Source of the DNA: Polyangiaceae bacterium
GTDB lineage: Bacteria; Myxococcota_A; Polyangia; Polyangiales; Polyangiaceae
Direction: 5' to 3'
DNA: 64,000 nt
NCBI GenBank assembly: GCA_965222375.1
Contig: CBDCTZ010000015.1
Location: forward strand, 1,376,001-1,440,000
Position numbers and translations under genes: made by a program
In this document: piece by piece, positions 48,301-56,538 of the stretch
How positions within the stretch are numbered: position 1 is the stretch's first letter
Layout: every line of letters starts with the position of its first letter
Notes under the pieces: model-generated
What the model saw: the letters and a program-made list of their open reading frames with translations, nothing else
The model's database searches: none
What the model was told of the DNA's origin: nothing

Positions 48301-48939
48301 TTGGAGCGGCACACGGAACTGGGCGCAGGCTTTCACGTTGCGACCCTGGACATGGAGCTCCGCGGCGCCGGCGACTTGCTTGGCGCCGAGCAGAGCGGCT
48401 TCGTGTCCAGCGTGGGTTTCGATCTCTTCTGTCAGATGTTGGAAGAAGCCACTCACGAACTCAGTGGCGAAGTGGTCGTTCACGACGTGGAACCGGAGCT
48501 CTCTTTCGACGTGGACGGCGTGATTCCCGAAGACTACATCGCCGACGTAGGCATTCGCCTCAGCTTCTACAAGCGCTTCTCGAGCGCCGCGGACGAAGCG
48601 GCGGTGGCCGAAACCGCCGCAGAGATGGAAGACCGCTTCGGCCCCCCACCACCGGAGGCCAAGCAACTGGTCGAGCTGATGCGACTCAAAACCGAGCTGC
48701 GTCGCTTGCGCGTCCTGGGCTGCGAAGCGACATCCCGCGGCGTGACGCTGCACCTACGCGACGACACGCCCCTCGATCCCGAAAAGGTCGGCACGGAGGT
48801 CGCCAAGAAGCAGTCGCGCTTCCGACTCTCTCCCGACGGCCGACTCAATCGCAAAGCAAGGGACGAGGACCCATTCGACAACGGACTCGTGGCCCTGTCC
48901 AAGGTCCTCGACGAGCTGGTCCCCCTCGAACGCGACTGA
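45358..48939 (+). CDS. mfd: Transcription-repair coupling factor
   Basis: VRGGILDVW; GDYVVHIEHGIGRY; CGDVGFGKTEVA; DEEQRFG; QLRGRVGRS; TRCF C-domain. Confidence 0.97.
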   Translation: MSELAQSPEAAVIVPALPEDRRVLRMEEVARIALSAPGQYPVVHAEGCASALVARGLALHGAKHVAVVVSDSEALRTVAADIDALCQSAFEVASLSRRVDAAGSALLIPSPEALPWTEVHSDRKTTLERVGSLAHIASGRDFRFAVMGASALIRLCVPKQALAAASAELKSETEVDVESLSERLANAGYLRVPVVEDPGSFAVRGGILDVWPPNSRRPARAELYGDLIISLKHFDPEDQRTQDGVERVWLPPCREAILSLDAEVRARQVLRSLCDEENYPSSKARTLIEQVAEARVFFGAEAYLPAYYDLQPIWQLLPSDTVFVVEEPTRVVETLRDELEAAQAAAQSSDGRPKFGFDSLFASEQAVAHAMSERSVVLAHRSGVLGTPEQLDSLDAWQLTHANTPSVHTLAQPDLKATAGKGAGKGKHGVLDRVLTRLDAWHEAGMEVVLTARTETQSERLQTLLEHRGVTAGQGGMHVVTSRLARGVIAPAEQVAILTEEEIFGRRTHRRTEKTKSARAVLEDLRALTVGDYVVHIEHGIGRYLGLQKQSIGGVNVELLVVEYTGGKLFLPVYRLNQIQKYSGGEGAPKVDRLGGQSFAKTKAKVQKRVRQMADQLLKLYAERAALTKYPVDPPDDEFYAFEATFPFEETRDQAAAIAEVQKDLEKERVMDRLVCGDVGFGKTEVALRAAFRVAMAGRQVALLCPTTVLAQQHFQTFSNRLAGYPMEVRMLSRFVGKKDQTETVRMLRDGTADIVVGTHRVLSKDVHFANLGLLVVDEEQRFGVTHKERIKQLRASVDVLTLTATPIPRTLQLAVGGLRDMSLITTPPVDRRAIRTITSRWDDQIVREAVMRELSRGGQVFFVYNRIEGLYERAQHLQTLIPEARIGVAHGQMGEAQLEKTMLDFVEGRLDILASTAIIESGLDIPRANTMLIDRADLFGLSQLYQLRGRVGRSSERAYCYLLVPPPNKMSDEARSRIEALERHTELGAGFHVATLDMELRGAGDLLGAEQSGFVSSVGFDLFCQMLEEATHELSGEVVVHDVEPELSFDVDGVIPEDYIADVGIRLSFYKRFSSAADEAAVAETAAEMEDRFGPPPPEAKQLVELMRLKTELRRLRVLGCEATSRGVTLHLRDDTPLDPEKVGTEVAKKQSRFRLSPDGRLNRKARDEDPFDNGLVALSKVLDELVPLERD

Positions 48940-49066
48940 TCGGATTGGTTTTGGGGGTCGAGCGCTGGGGCGCGCCGGGGCGCTATTCTCGCAGTCGTGC
49001 TGGATTGACGGGCGCATGCGTAACACCCACTTCCGCCAACTGACACGCAACTGAGCAAACCGGCGA

Positions 49067-49180
49067 CCGACCAAAGTGCCCACCCCACATGCTGGGTGGG
49101 CATAATTTGGCGCTTTTCACACAACCGACCATCGCGCTCGGCCGACCAATGTGCCCACCCACATGCTGGTGGGCACATTT
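49067..49180. repeat. Two ~40-bp palindromic direct repeats (REP-like twin hairpins)
   Basis: ccgaccaaagtgcccaccccacatgctgggtgggcataatt (49067) and ccgaccaatgtgcccacccacatgctggtgggcacattt (49142). Confidence 0.75.
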
Positions 49181-49250
49181 CTGCGTGCTGGGCCGGAGCA
49201 CAGGCCGCTGACCCGTTGGGTCCGCGACCTCATACCGAGCGCGGAAGTCC

Positions 49251-49704
49251 CTAGAACGAATGCGGTCGAGCGCGGCGGGCAGACAGCTTATGAGCTTTGG
49301 AAACCGTCTTTTTGGGGCCGGGGTTGTCGCAGGTTCCTCGCCGCCTGCAGCGAGCGACGGCCGCGCCGAGGGCTTTGGCTTCGGTGGGCGCATGCACGCG
49401 GGCCCATTGAAGGGTCTTGCTGGGCTCTATCTCGTCGAGGCCCCCGGCATGAGCAGGTCGAAACAATCCTGCAAAGTACCGTGCGTGACGCAGTCCGAGC
49501 TCGCTCTCGATGTCGCCGCTCTTCGCCTTCGCAAACTCGCGCACGGTTTCCAGCATCGCGAAGCGGCGCCTGACGAGCGAGCCGACTCTTACCGATGCCG
49601 CCGGGGCCCACCAGCGTGACGAGCCGCGGGTCTTGGAGCAGCTCCACCAAACGTGAAAGCTCCGCTTCGCGTCCGACAAAGAGGTCCGCGGCTGTAGACG
49701 GCAT
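49251..49704 (-). pseudogene. Remnant of a STAND/NB-ARC-type (AfsR/LuxR-associated) ATPase with internal deletion
   Basis: FVGREAEL...LVTLVGPGGIGKSRLA joined out of frame near 49570 to RFAMLETVREFA...RHARYF. Confidence 0.75.
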
Positions 49705-49706
49705 CT

Positions 49707-50285
49707 TCACCACATGGTCTTGGGCGAACACCCTGGCGGCATGGCGCGACGGAATGCGTCGTCCAGGCAGTGCTCCATGGCGCCGCAGGGTTGGGAGAAA
49801 CGGGCACCGATGGTGGAGTAGAAGGCGTCCGTGAATGCGCCGGAGCGCCCAGCGTGGCAGAGAGCCTCGCCTCCGCCCCCGCATTTCGCGGCAGCGCTCG
49901 CGCACGCACTGGTGAAGCGCTGAGCCTCCGGGCTTGCGCGAACTTGCCGGGAGACTTCGATGAAGCAGATCTCGTCGGGACGCATGCAGGCGCGGTTTGC
50001 GATGCACGAGAGCACCAGAGGGTGCGCGTCCGGACGCATGACAGCGGCAGAGCAACGCACGCCATGCTGGCAGCGGTCGTAGGGGTTCGGCGTCTGGCCG
50101 CAGGCCTGAGCTCGGCGCGCCGCGTCCTGGCAGAACCGGTCCGCATACGCTTTCGGGTTCGCCCCCTGGCCACGACCCGCCGGAGCGGGTCGCGCGTGAC
50201 CACCTCGCGCCGTGCTGTTCGATGGCTCGATGCAGGAACACATCACGAACGCGGGCAAGACCGCACCGAGGCGCCGGGGCAACAT
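49707..50285 (-). CDS. Cys-rich helical-repeat lipoprotein
   Basis: MLPRRLGAVLPAFVMCSC; two (C...A...CG...C) repeats. Confidence 0.6.
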   Translation of the reverse strand: MLPRRLGAVLPAFVMCSCIEPSNSTARGGHARPAPAGRGQGANPKAYADRFCQDAARRAQACGQTPNPYDRCQHGVRCSAAVMRPDAHPLVLSCIANRACMRPDEICFIEVSRQVRASPEAQRFTSACASAAAKCGGGGEALCHAGRSGAFTDAFYSTIGARFSQPCGAMEHCLDDAFRRAMPPGCSPKTMW

Positions 50286-50367
50286 GGGCCCAGCATACCG
50301 TCTGGAGTGGCATCGGTGGCGCCCAGTGACGACCCGTTCGGGGCCGCACTGGCCGCTCGTCCTGAAG

Positions 50368-50979
50368 TCACAGGTACTTCTTGGCCAGGTCGACCCGAGA
50401 GTAATCCTGGATGTGCGCCGGGGACTGTGCCCGATGGGTCGGCGCGTCTGGCGCCGCACGATAGCCACCACCGCCCTTTCGCCGGGCGCCCGTCGCGCGG
50501 ACCACGGCGTTGAGGCGAACGCGGTCTCCTTGATGTAGCGCGAACTCCACGAACCCGGGCAGCCGTCCGCGCGCTTCGAGCTCCACGGCGAAGTCGCTCA
50601 GTTGTTCCGGCAATGGCCCGTCGAAGGACCGGTACTGGGCATAGTGCCGCACCGCGCTCACGGTCAGTGCCTCCGTGGGCACGACCACCAGCCCACCTTT
50701 GCATTCCACGAGGGGCTCGCTTCCCCAGACACGAGTGCCGACGAGTTCGTACACATCCTCAATCGTCGGCCAGTCACGGCCCCCGCCGCCAACGCTCTGA
50801 GTGCCGACATGTACGCCCACCGCCCAGTAGAACAGCGCTGCCTTCGCGCCCGTGAGCGGGCTCGTGAACTCGTCTTCACTCTTCATCCTCCCCCACACGC
50901 GCACCTGAGTCGCCTCGCCAACCCCCGCCAAAGAGCGCTTCGGAAACAACTTTCGAAACCAACTCACGCGCCCCTCCAA
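50368..50979 (-). CDS. hypothetical protein, GIDE-like
   Basis: VRVWGR...TSPLTG..AALFY...EFALHQGDRV pattern; GGYR tail. Confidence 0.55.
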   Translation of the reverse strand: MEGRVSWFRKLFPKRSLAGVGEATQVRVWGRMKSEDEFTSPLTGAKAALFYWAVGVHVGTQSVGGGGRDWPTIEDVYELVGTRVWGSEPLVECKGGLVVVPTEALTVSAVRHYAQYRSFDGPLPEQLSDFAVELEARGRLPGFVEFALHQGDRVRLNAVVRATGARRKGGGGYRAAPDAPTHRAQSPAHIQDYSRVDLAKKYL

Positions 50980-51051
50980 CTCCTTTCACAAGCACCTTAG
51001 CGCGTGCCCCGCACGAATAGTCGCGAATCTCCGCAGAGAGTCGCGACGCAA

Positions 51052-51147
51052 TCAATCGTCGCCGGGCGGGCAGCCGAACACGGTTGCGGAGCCCCTCTTG
51101 TCTGCGAAGCGTGCACCAACGAGAGCACGACCACCGGAAAGGCTCAC
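51052..51147 (-). pseudogene. Orphan copy of the last FG-GAP repeat and C-terminus of the adjacent gene
   Basis: VSLSGGRALVGARFADKRGSATVFGCPPGDD* versus VSLSGDRALVGAPLDDDRGNDSGSATVVGCLADDD*. Confidence 0.75.
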
Positions 51148-51180
51148 CGCGGCTTTGTCAGCACACCTTCATGACCTTGA

Positions 51181-52497
51181 TCAGTCGTCGTCTGCGAGGC
51201 AGCCGACGACTGTTGCGGAGCCGCTATCGTTGCCTCGGTCGTCGTCGAGGGGTGCGCCGACGAGCGCGCGGTCGCCGGACAGGCTCACGGACTCGCCGAA
51301 CAAGTCGCCGCCGGCGGCGGCGGGATTGAGCAACTTGGTGACTTGGATCCACTGTCCTGACGGACCTTTGGCGAACAGGTAGGCCGCGCCGGTGCCTTCG
51401 CCTTGGTCTTCGTCGGATACCGCGCCGACGAGCGCGCGGTCGCCGGACAGGCTCACGGACTCGCCGAACAAGTCGCCGGCACTGGCGTCGCTGGCGACCA
51501 GCTTGCCGACGCGAGACCAGGCGCCGGCGCCGCTTCGTTCGAAAACAATCGCCGAGCCACTGGCCGTGCCCGACGGGCTGTCACCGGGTGCGCCAACGAG
51601 CGCGCGATCAAGATGAAGGCTCACGGACTTGCCGAATCGGTCCCCACCGGCGCTGCTGCCCGATAGCTTTGCGGTCTGCGTCCAATTCCCGCCAGCGGCA
51701 CGCTCGAATACGTAGACCGCTCCGACGCCACCTGACGACGCGGAGCGCGCAATCACCGCGGTATCGCCCCAGAGGCTGACGACGGCACCGAACCAATCGG
51801 ATGGGCCGCCATCGTTGGCTGTGAGTTTGTCGACCTGGCTCCATTTGCCATTCTGTTGGCGTTCGAAGATGTACGCGGCACCAGCGTTTTCGCCCAACGC
51901 GTTGTCGTCACCCCGGGCACCGATGAGAGCGCGCTCCTCGTAGAGGCTGACGGAAACACCGAACTCATCGAGTTCACTACCGCCGCTCGCCTGCAGTTTC
52001 TGGATGCGAGTCCAACCGGGGGAAACGAGCTCTCGGAAGATGTAAGCGGCGCCCGAGTTGTAGCCCTGCCCGTCGTCTTCGAAGGCGCCAACGAGCGCCC
52101 GGTGCTCGCCCAGAGAAACCGAGACTCCAAAGCGCACGAAGTCCTGCGTGCCTTCCGGGCCAAGTCGTGCCCGCTGGACCCACTTTCCCTGGAGGTCCAT
52201 TCCGTAGACGTAGGCCGCACCCCGCGCATCGCCGCCAGCACGTTCTTTCCAGGCACCAACCAGTGCTTCTTCGCCAAACAGGCTCACCGAAAAGCCAAAC
52301 TCTTCATTGGCGCTCCCGCTCGCTGCCACCAACTTGGATTCCGGCCGAGGCGCATCACATGCAGGCGCCCCGCTCCCGCCACCGGTACCGCCCGACGCGG
52401 AGCCACCTAGCTGGAGTTCGCTCCGGGAACCGCAACCGATGGTCAGCGAGATGGCGATAGACGCGATCAGTGCAACGCTTGGCTGGGGAAGCCTCAT
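51181..52497 (-). CDS. FG-GAP repeat (integrin-alpha-like 7-bladed propeller) lipoprotein
   Basis: Seven FGxSVSLxGxRALVGA...GAAYxF repeats; lipobox TIGC; Gly linker. Confidence 0.9.
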   Translation of the reverse strand: MRLPQPSVALIASIAISLTIGCGSRSELQLGGSASGGTGGGSGAPACDAPRPESKLVAASGSANEEFGFSVSLFGEEALVGAWKERAGGDARGAAYVYGMDLQGKWVQRARLGPEGTQDFVRFGVSVSLGEHRALVGAFEDDGQGYNSGAAYIFRELVSPGWTRIQKLQASGGSELDEFGVSVSLYEERALIGARGDDNALGENAGAAYIFERQQNGKWSQVDKLTANDGGPSDWFGAVVSLWGDTAVIARSASSGGVGAVYVFERAAGGNWTQTAKLSGSSAGGDRFGKSVSLHLDRALVGAPGDSPSGTASGSAIVFERSGAGAWSRVGKLVASDASAGDLFGESVSLSGDRALVGAVSDEDQGEGTGAAYLFAKGPSGQWIQVTKLLNPAAAGGDLFGESVSLSGDRALVGAPLDDDRGNDSGSATVVGCLADDD

Positions 52498-52525
52498 GCG
52501 CCGAGCATACTGCGTCGCAACGCCA

Positions 52526-52681
52526 ATGAGGGTCTGGGGGATCGGCATCGTCGACCAGCTGCTCTTTTCAGATCTGGTGGACGCCGAGTCCTGCGAGCCT
52601 TTGCTGGCGTTAGCAGAAGCGCACAGTAATGAAGCCGTTCGCAAAGCGGCTGCAGAAGTCCGGAAACTCACCGAGCGCTAG
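52526..52681 (+). pseudogene. Possible C-terminal fragment of a HEAT-like helical protein
   Basis: VWGIGIVDQL...LLALAEAHSNEAVRKAA; no room for an N-terminus next to the divergent FG-GAP gene. Confidence 0.35.
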
Positions 52682-52810
52682 GCGGACAACGCGCCTGCTT
52701 GAGCCCGCGAAAAACCAAGGCACCGGGAACGCCCCACCGCGCGCCATCGCGAGAGGCAGGCGCCATCGTGGCCCAGCGCTCGACCCCCAAACCAAACTAG
52801 ATAGAAGGGC

Positions 52811-53437
52811 TCAGCTCGCCGTTTCTTCGACGGGAGGCGGCGGCTCGGAAGTCCTGAACAGGTCTTTCTGGGACGGGGAGCTCTCGCCGGGGTCGAAGCA
52901 GCGCCGGCAGCGGGCTTCGTAGGTTTCGGTACCGCCAACGACGACGGTGGCGTCACGCTTCACGAGGCGCTGGGAACGATCGGCGGGGTTCCCGCAGCGG
53001 ACGCAGATGGCCAGGTTCTTGGTGACGTATTCGGCGACCGCCATCAGGTGCGGCATCGGCTCGAAGGGGCGACCCAAGTAGTCTTGGTCGAGCCCTGCAA
53101 CGATGACGCGCTTACCTGCGTTGGCCAGGCGCTCCACGATGGGCACGAGCCCCTCGCCGAAGAATTGGGCTTCGTCGATGCCGATCACTTCGGCATCGAG
53201 GGCGTGGGAGATGATCTCGCTGGCATCGTCGATGGCGACCGCAACAAGCTCCTGCTTGGAGTGGCTGACGACGCTGTCCGATGCGTGGCGCTCGTCGATG
53301 CGGGGCTTGAAGATCAAAACTTTCTGTCGAGCGTATTGAGCGCGGTTCAAGCGCCGTATGAGCTCTTCGGTCTTCCCGCTGAACATGCAGCCGGTGATGA
53401 CCTCAACCCAACCAGTGTCCCGGGGAGTGATGTGCAT
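52811..53437 (-). CDS. tdk: Thymidine kinase
   Basis: GCMFSGKTEELIRR; IDEAQFF; AGLDQD; CVRC...YEARCRRC. Confidence 0.96.
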   Translation of the reverse strand: MHITPRDTGWVEVITGCMFSGKTEELIRRLNRAQYARQKVLIFKPRIDERHASDSVVSHSKQELVAVAIDDASEIISHALDAEVIGIDEAQFFGEGLVPIVERLANAGKRVIVAGLDQDYLGRPFEPMPHLMAVAEYVTKNLAICVRCGNPADRSQRLVKRDATVVVGGTETYEARCRRCFDPGESSPSQKDLFRTSEPPPPVEETAS

Positions 53438-53512
53438 GACCGCCTCTCGGCGGTTGCGGTTCAAACCTCGAAAAGCGGGGACGTCAAGTCATGACCGCCA
53501 AATCGAGGCTCA

Positions 53513-54361
53513 CTACCCCTTCACACCACCGGCCGTGAGGCCCGATACGAGATGACGTTGCACAACGTAGAACAGCAGCATGACGGGTAGCGAAACGACC
53601 AAAGAGCCTGCAGCAAAACTGCCCCACGCGGCGTCGTGTTCGCCCACGTATCTCTGCAGGACAACAGGCAGCGTCAACGCTTCTTCCTTGCCGAGGATGG
53701 TCGCCGCCAAAATGAACTCGTTGTACGCGCTCATGAAGGCGAACAGCCCTGTTACGGCAATGGCGGGACGGGCCGCGGGTAGGACGACGCGCCTGAAGGC
53801 CCCGAAACGCGTCGCGCCGTCCACCATGGCGGCTTCTTCCAGGTCTCGAGGGATCCCATCGAAGGCACCGCGGAGCTGAAAAATGGCGAATGGGACGCTC
53901 GTGGTCGCATAACACACGACCAAACCGGTTCGCGTATCCAATAAGCCCAGGTTTTCCAGCACGATGTACAGGGGCACCGCAGAGGCCACCATGGGGAACA
54001 TCTGCGTGGCCAGCAGCAAGCGGATCCCCGACTCTTTGCCCACAAACGAAAAGCGCGACAGTGCGTAGGCCGCGGGAAGGGCGATGCCGATCCCGACGCC
54101 CGCCGTTGCCAACGCGATGATCAAGGAGTTGAGCGCTTGGCGCAGGAAGCTCGGCGCCGTGGTGACGTTGACGAGATGCTCCAAGGTCGGCTCACGAGGC
54201 ACGGGCCAGATACTGCGATCTGGCGCTGTGCCCGCGGAAAAGGCCGTGGAGAGAACCCAGAGCACCGGGTAGAGCGCAAAGAGCACGAAGGCGACCACAA
54301 GCAGGTGCGCCAACACCTCTTCCAGCAGGTTCGTGCGGCTGCGGTTCGTGACCTCGCTCAT
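53513..54361 (-). CDS. Carbohydrate ABC transporter permease (MalG-like)
   Basis: EAA loop LEEAAMVDGA; AAYALSRF; ends GLTAGGVKG. Confidence 0.92.
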   Translation of the reverse strand: MSEVTNRSRTNLLEEVLAHLLVVAFVLFALYPVLWVLSTAFSAGTAPDRSIWPVPREPTLEHLVNVTTAPSFLRQALNSLIIALATAGVGIGIALPAAYALSRFSFVGKESGIRLLLATQMFPMVASAVPLYIVLENLGLLDTRTGLVVCYATTSVPFAIFQLRGAFDGIPRDLEEAAMVDGATRFGAFRRVVLPAARPAIAVTGLFAFMSAYNEFILAATILGKEEALTLPVVLQRYVGEHDAAWGSFAAGSLVVSLPVMLLFYVVQRHLVSGLTAGGVKG

Positions 54362-56538
54362 GCCATCGCCTTGGTTCGATCTGCGCGCGCCATCGCTCTG
54401 GAGAAGAACGCGAGCAGTAGGAAGATCAGTACCGAGTACGCAGCGGCATAGCCGTATTGCGCCTGGCGCGTGAATGCCCAGCGATACGCTTCGGAAACCA
54501 GAATGTCCGTCGTACCGTCGGGCTCGCCTCCAGAGACCAGGAAAACGACGTTGAACATGTTGAAGGTCCAGATCGCGCCAAGCAGCACCGCTGGCAGCAT
54601 GGCGGGGACGACCATGGGAACCGTCACTCGGGTCAGGCGTTGCCAGCGGGATGCGCCATCGACCTCCGCCGCTTCCAGCACCTCTTTCGGAACCGCGGTG
54701 AGGGCGCCCAGGGTGACCACCATCATGAAGGGAAAGCCGAGCCACACATTGGTCGCTACGTTGGCGGTGAATGCGGTGGAAAAGCGCGCCCACCAAGAGA
54801 AGGGCTCCACGCCGCAGAGCTCCAACAGAGCTGACACGGCTCCGAACTGTTTGCTGAACATGCCGCGCCACGCCAGGGCCGTCACGTAGGACGGCACGGC
54901 CCAGGGGATGATCAGCAGGACGCGATACAGCGGCTTCAGGCGCAAGGTTGGACGCGACAGGACGAGGCCCAGAAAGAAGCCAATCACGACGTGCAGGACG
55001 ACGTTGGCGACGGTCCAAAGCAGCGTGACCAGCAACACGAGGTAGAAGGATCCGCTAGACAGCAGTGGAGCTCCGCGTGCGGTGAGGATCGCGACGAAGT
55101 TCGCCAGCCCGACGAAGTGCATCTCGCCGAGGCGCCCGGCATAGAGCGACGCTCCCGCGCCCACGACGATGGGCAAGATCACGAGCACTCCGACGCCAAT
55201 CACGGCGTGGACCACCCATCGGTACGCCGGCAAAGACTGACGCAATTTGGGCCCGAGCTGTTTGGACTGGGTGTACACGTACACCGCACCGCCCAGGCAC
55301 AGGAGGCCAACGAAGAGTAGCAAGGGTGTGGGCGACGCCGGGGGCGGCGGCGGGCGCACGACGTCCTGGAAGCGGCGATTCGCCTCCCGCAAGGCTAGGC
55401 GCGGGGTGACCGCGCCGCTGAGCGCCTTCTTGAGTGCGCGGGTAGCGGGCTCCCAAGTGGAACGCATGCGCGGCGACGCCGGCATCACCACGGCGCTCTG
55501 GGCCTGCAGGGCGAACGCCGAAAGGAACGCGCTCTTTTCCGCGAAGGCGGGCAGTTGGCGGCGCGCGACGACTTGGCGCCCCACTCGAGCGCGGATCTCG
55601 GCGGCCTGGCCGCCCACAAGGTAGTGGGCGAGCGCCAATGCTTCCGGACTCTTGGCCCCTTTCGGGGTCAGGGCGGCCGCTTCAATGGTCAGGTAGGGCG
55701 CTAGGGGTTTGCCCGTTGCCGCGACGGTGGGCAACGGCGCCACTCGGTACTGGATCGCATCGCCGATGTCGCTGGCGAAGTAGGTCCCGCTGATGACTGT
55801 GGCGGCGCGGCCGGCTTTGAACAGCTCCGAAACCAAGGCCCCGCTCGCTTCTTCAGGGACGGCGCCGGCGGCGATTGCGTCACTGACCAACTGGATCGAG
55901 CGCTCGCCGAGCTCGCCGACGAAGCCGAAGCTCTCATCCGTGGCCAGCTGGCGCCCACCGAAGGCGTGCAGGATGGCAGCGTGGAAGTAGACGTTCTGGG
56001 TTTCGTAGGCGAGGGGGTACACGCCCTTGCCCAGAGTGCCGGTCAGGGCGGTCAGCTCTTCCCAGGTCTTGGGGGCTTCTTTGACCAGCGCCGTGTTGAT
56101 GTAGAGCGCCAGGCATTTGTACGCGAGGGGCAGACCGACGCGCTTACCGTCAACCTCGAGGGCGCCCAGTGCTTTTTCTGGGAACTCTTTTTCGATGGCG
56201 TGCGGGGCCAAAGGCGAGACGACTCCGCGCTGCAGAAAGTCGCCCAGGCGCTCGTGGGAGTCGATGAAGACATGAGGGCCATGCCCGCGGGGCGCGGCCG
56301 CCGTGAGCTTCGACGGGTAGGCGTCGTGCGGCACTTGTAGGACTTCGACTTGGGTTCCGGTGTCACGAGTGAATTGGGCGAGCACTTGCTCGAGGGCCTT
56401 CTTCTCGTCGCCGCGGTAGGCGTGCCACAGCTCGATAGGCGCCTGAGCCTTCGCTGAGCGCGCGAGCATGAAGACCACCAAGACCGTCGTGAGAAACACC
56501 CACAGCGGAAGCCCGACTCGGTACCCCGGGCTCATCAA
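54358..56538 (-). CDS. Fused sugar-binding protein (MalE-like) + MalF-like permease
   Basis: IELWHAY...GPHVFIDSHERLG binding domain followed by TM domain with EAAEVDGA and YGYAAAYS. Confidence 0.9.
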   Translation of the reverse strand: MMSPGYRVGLPLWVFLTTVLVVFMLARSAKAQAPIELWHAYRGDEKKALEQVLAQFTRDTGTQVEVLQVPHDAYPSKLTAAAPRGHGPHVFIDSHERLGDFLQRGVVSPLAPHAIEKEFPEKALGALEVDGKRVGLPLAYKCLALYINTALVKEAPKTWEELTALTGTLGKGVYPLAYETQNVYFHAAILHAFGGRQLATDESFGFVGELGERSIQLVSDAIAAGAVPEEASGALVSELFKAGRAATVISGTYFASDIGDAIQYRVAPLPTVAATGKPLAPYLTIEAAALTPKGAKSPEALALAHYLVGGQAAEIRARVGRQVVARRQLPAFAEKSAFLSAFALQAQSAVVMPASPRMRSTWEPATRALKKALSGAVTPRLALREANRRFQDVVRPPPPPASPTPLLLFVGLLCLGGAVYVYTQSKQLGPKLRQSLPAYRWVVHAVIGVGVLVILPIVVGAGASLYAGRLGEMHFVGLANFVAILTARGAPLLSSGSFYLVLLVTLLWTVANVVLHVVIGFFLGLVLSRPTLRLKPLYRVLLIIPWAVPSYVTALAWRGMFSKQFGAVSALLELCGVEPFSWWARFSTAFTANVATNVWLGFPFMMVVTLGALTAVPKEVLEAAEVDGASRWQRLTRVTVPMVVPAMLPAVLLGAIWTFNMFNVVFLVSGGEPDGTTDILVSEAYRWAFTRQAQYGYAAAYSVLIFLLLAFFSRAMARADRTKAMA

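Noticed and set aside
49067..49180. Mini CRISPR array or integron attC site
   Set aside because: Only two non-identical repeats, no cas or intI gene, and no correctly spaced RYYYAAC/GTTRRRY boxes
51052..51290. Orphan C-terminal copy as a DGR template repeat
   Set aside because: Mismatches are largely synonymous third-position changes plus an indel, not adenine-specific; no RT in the window
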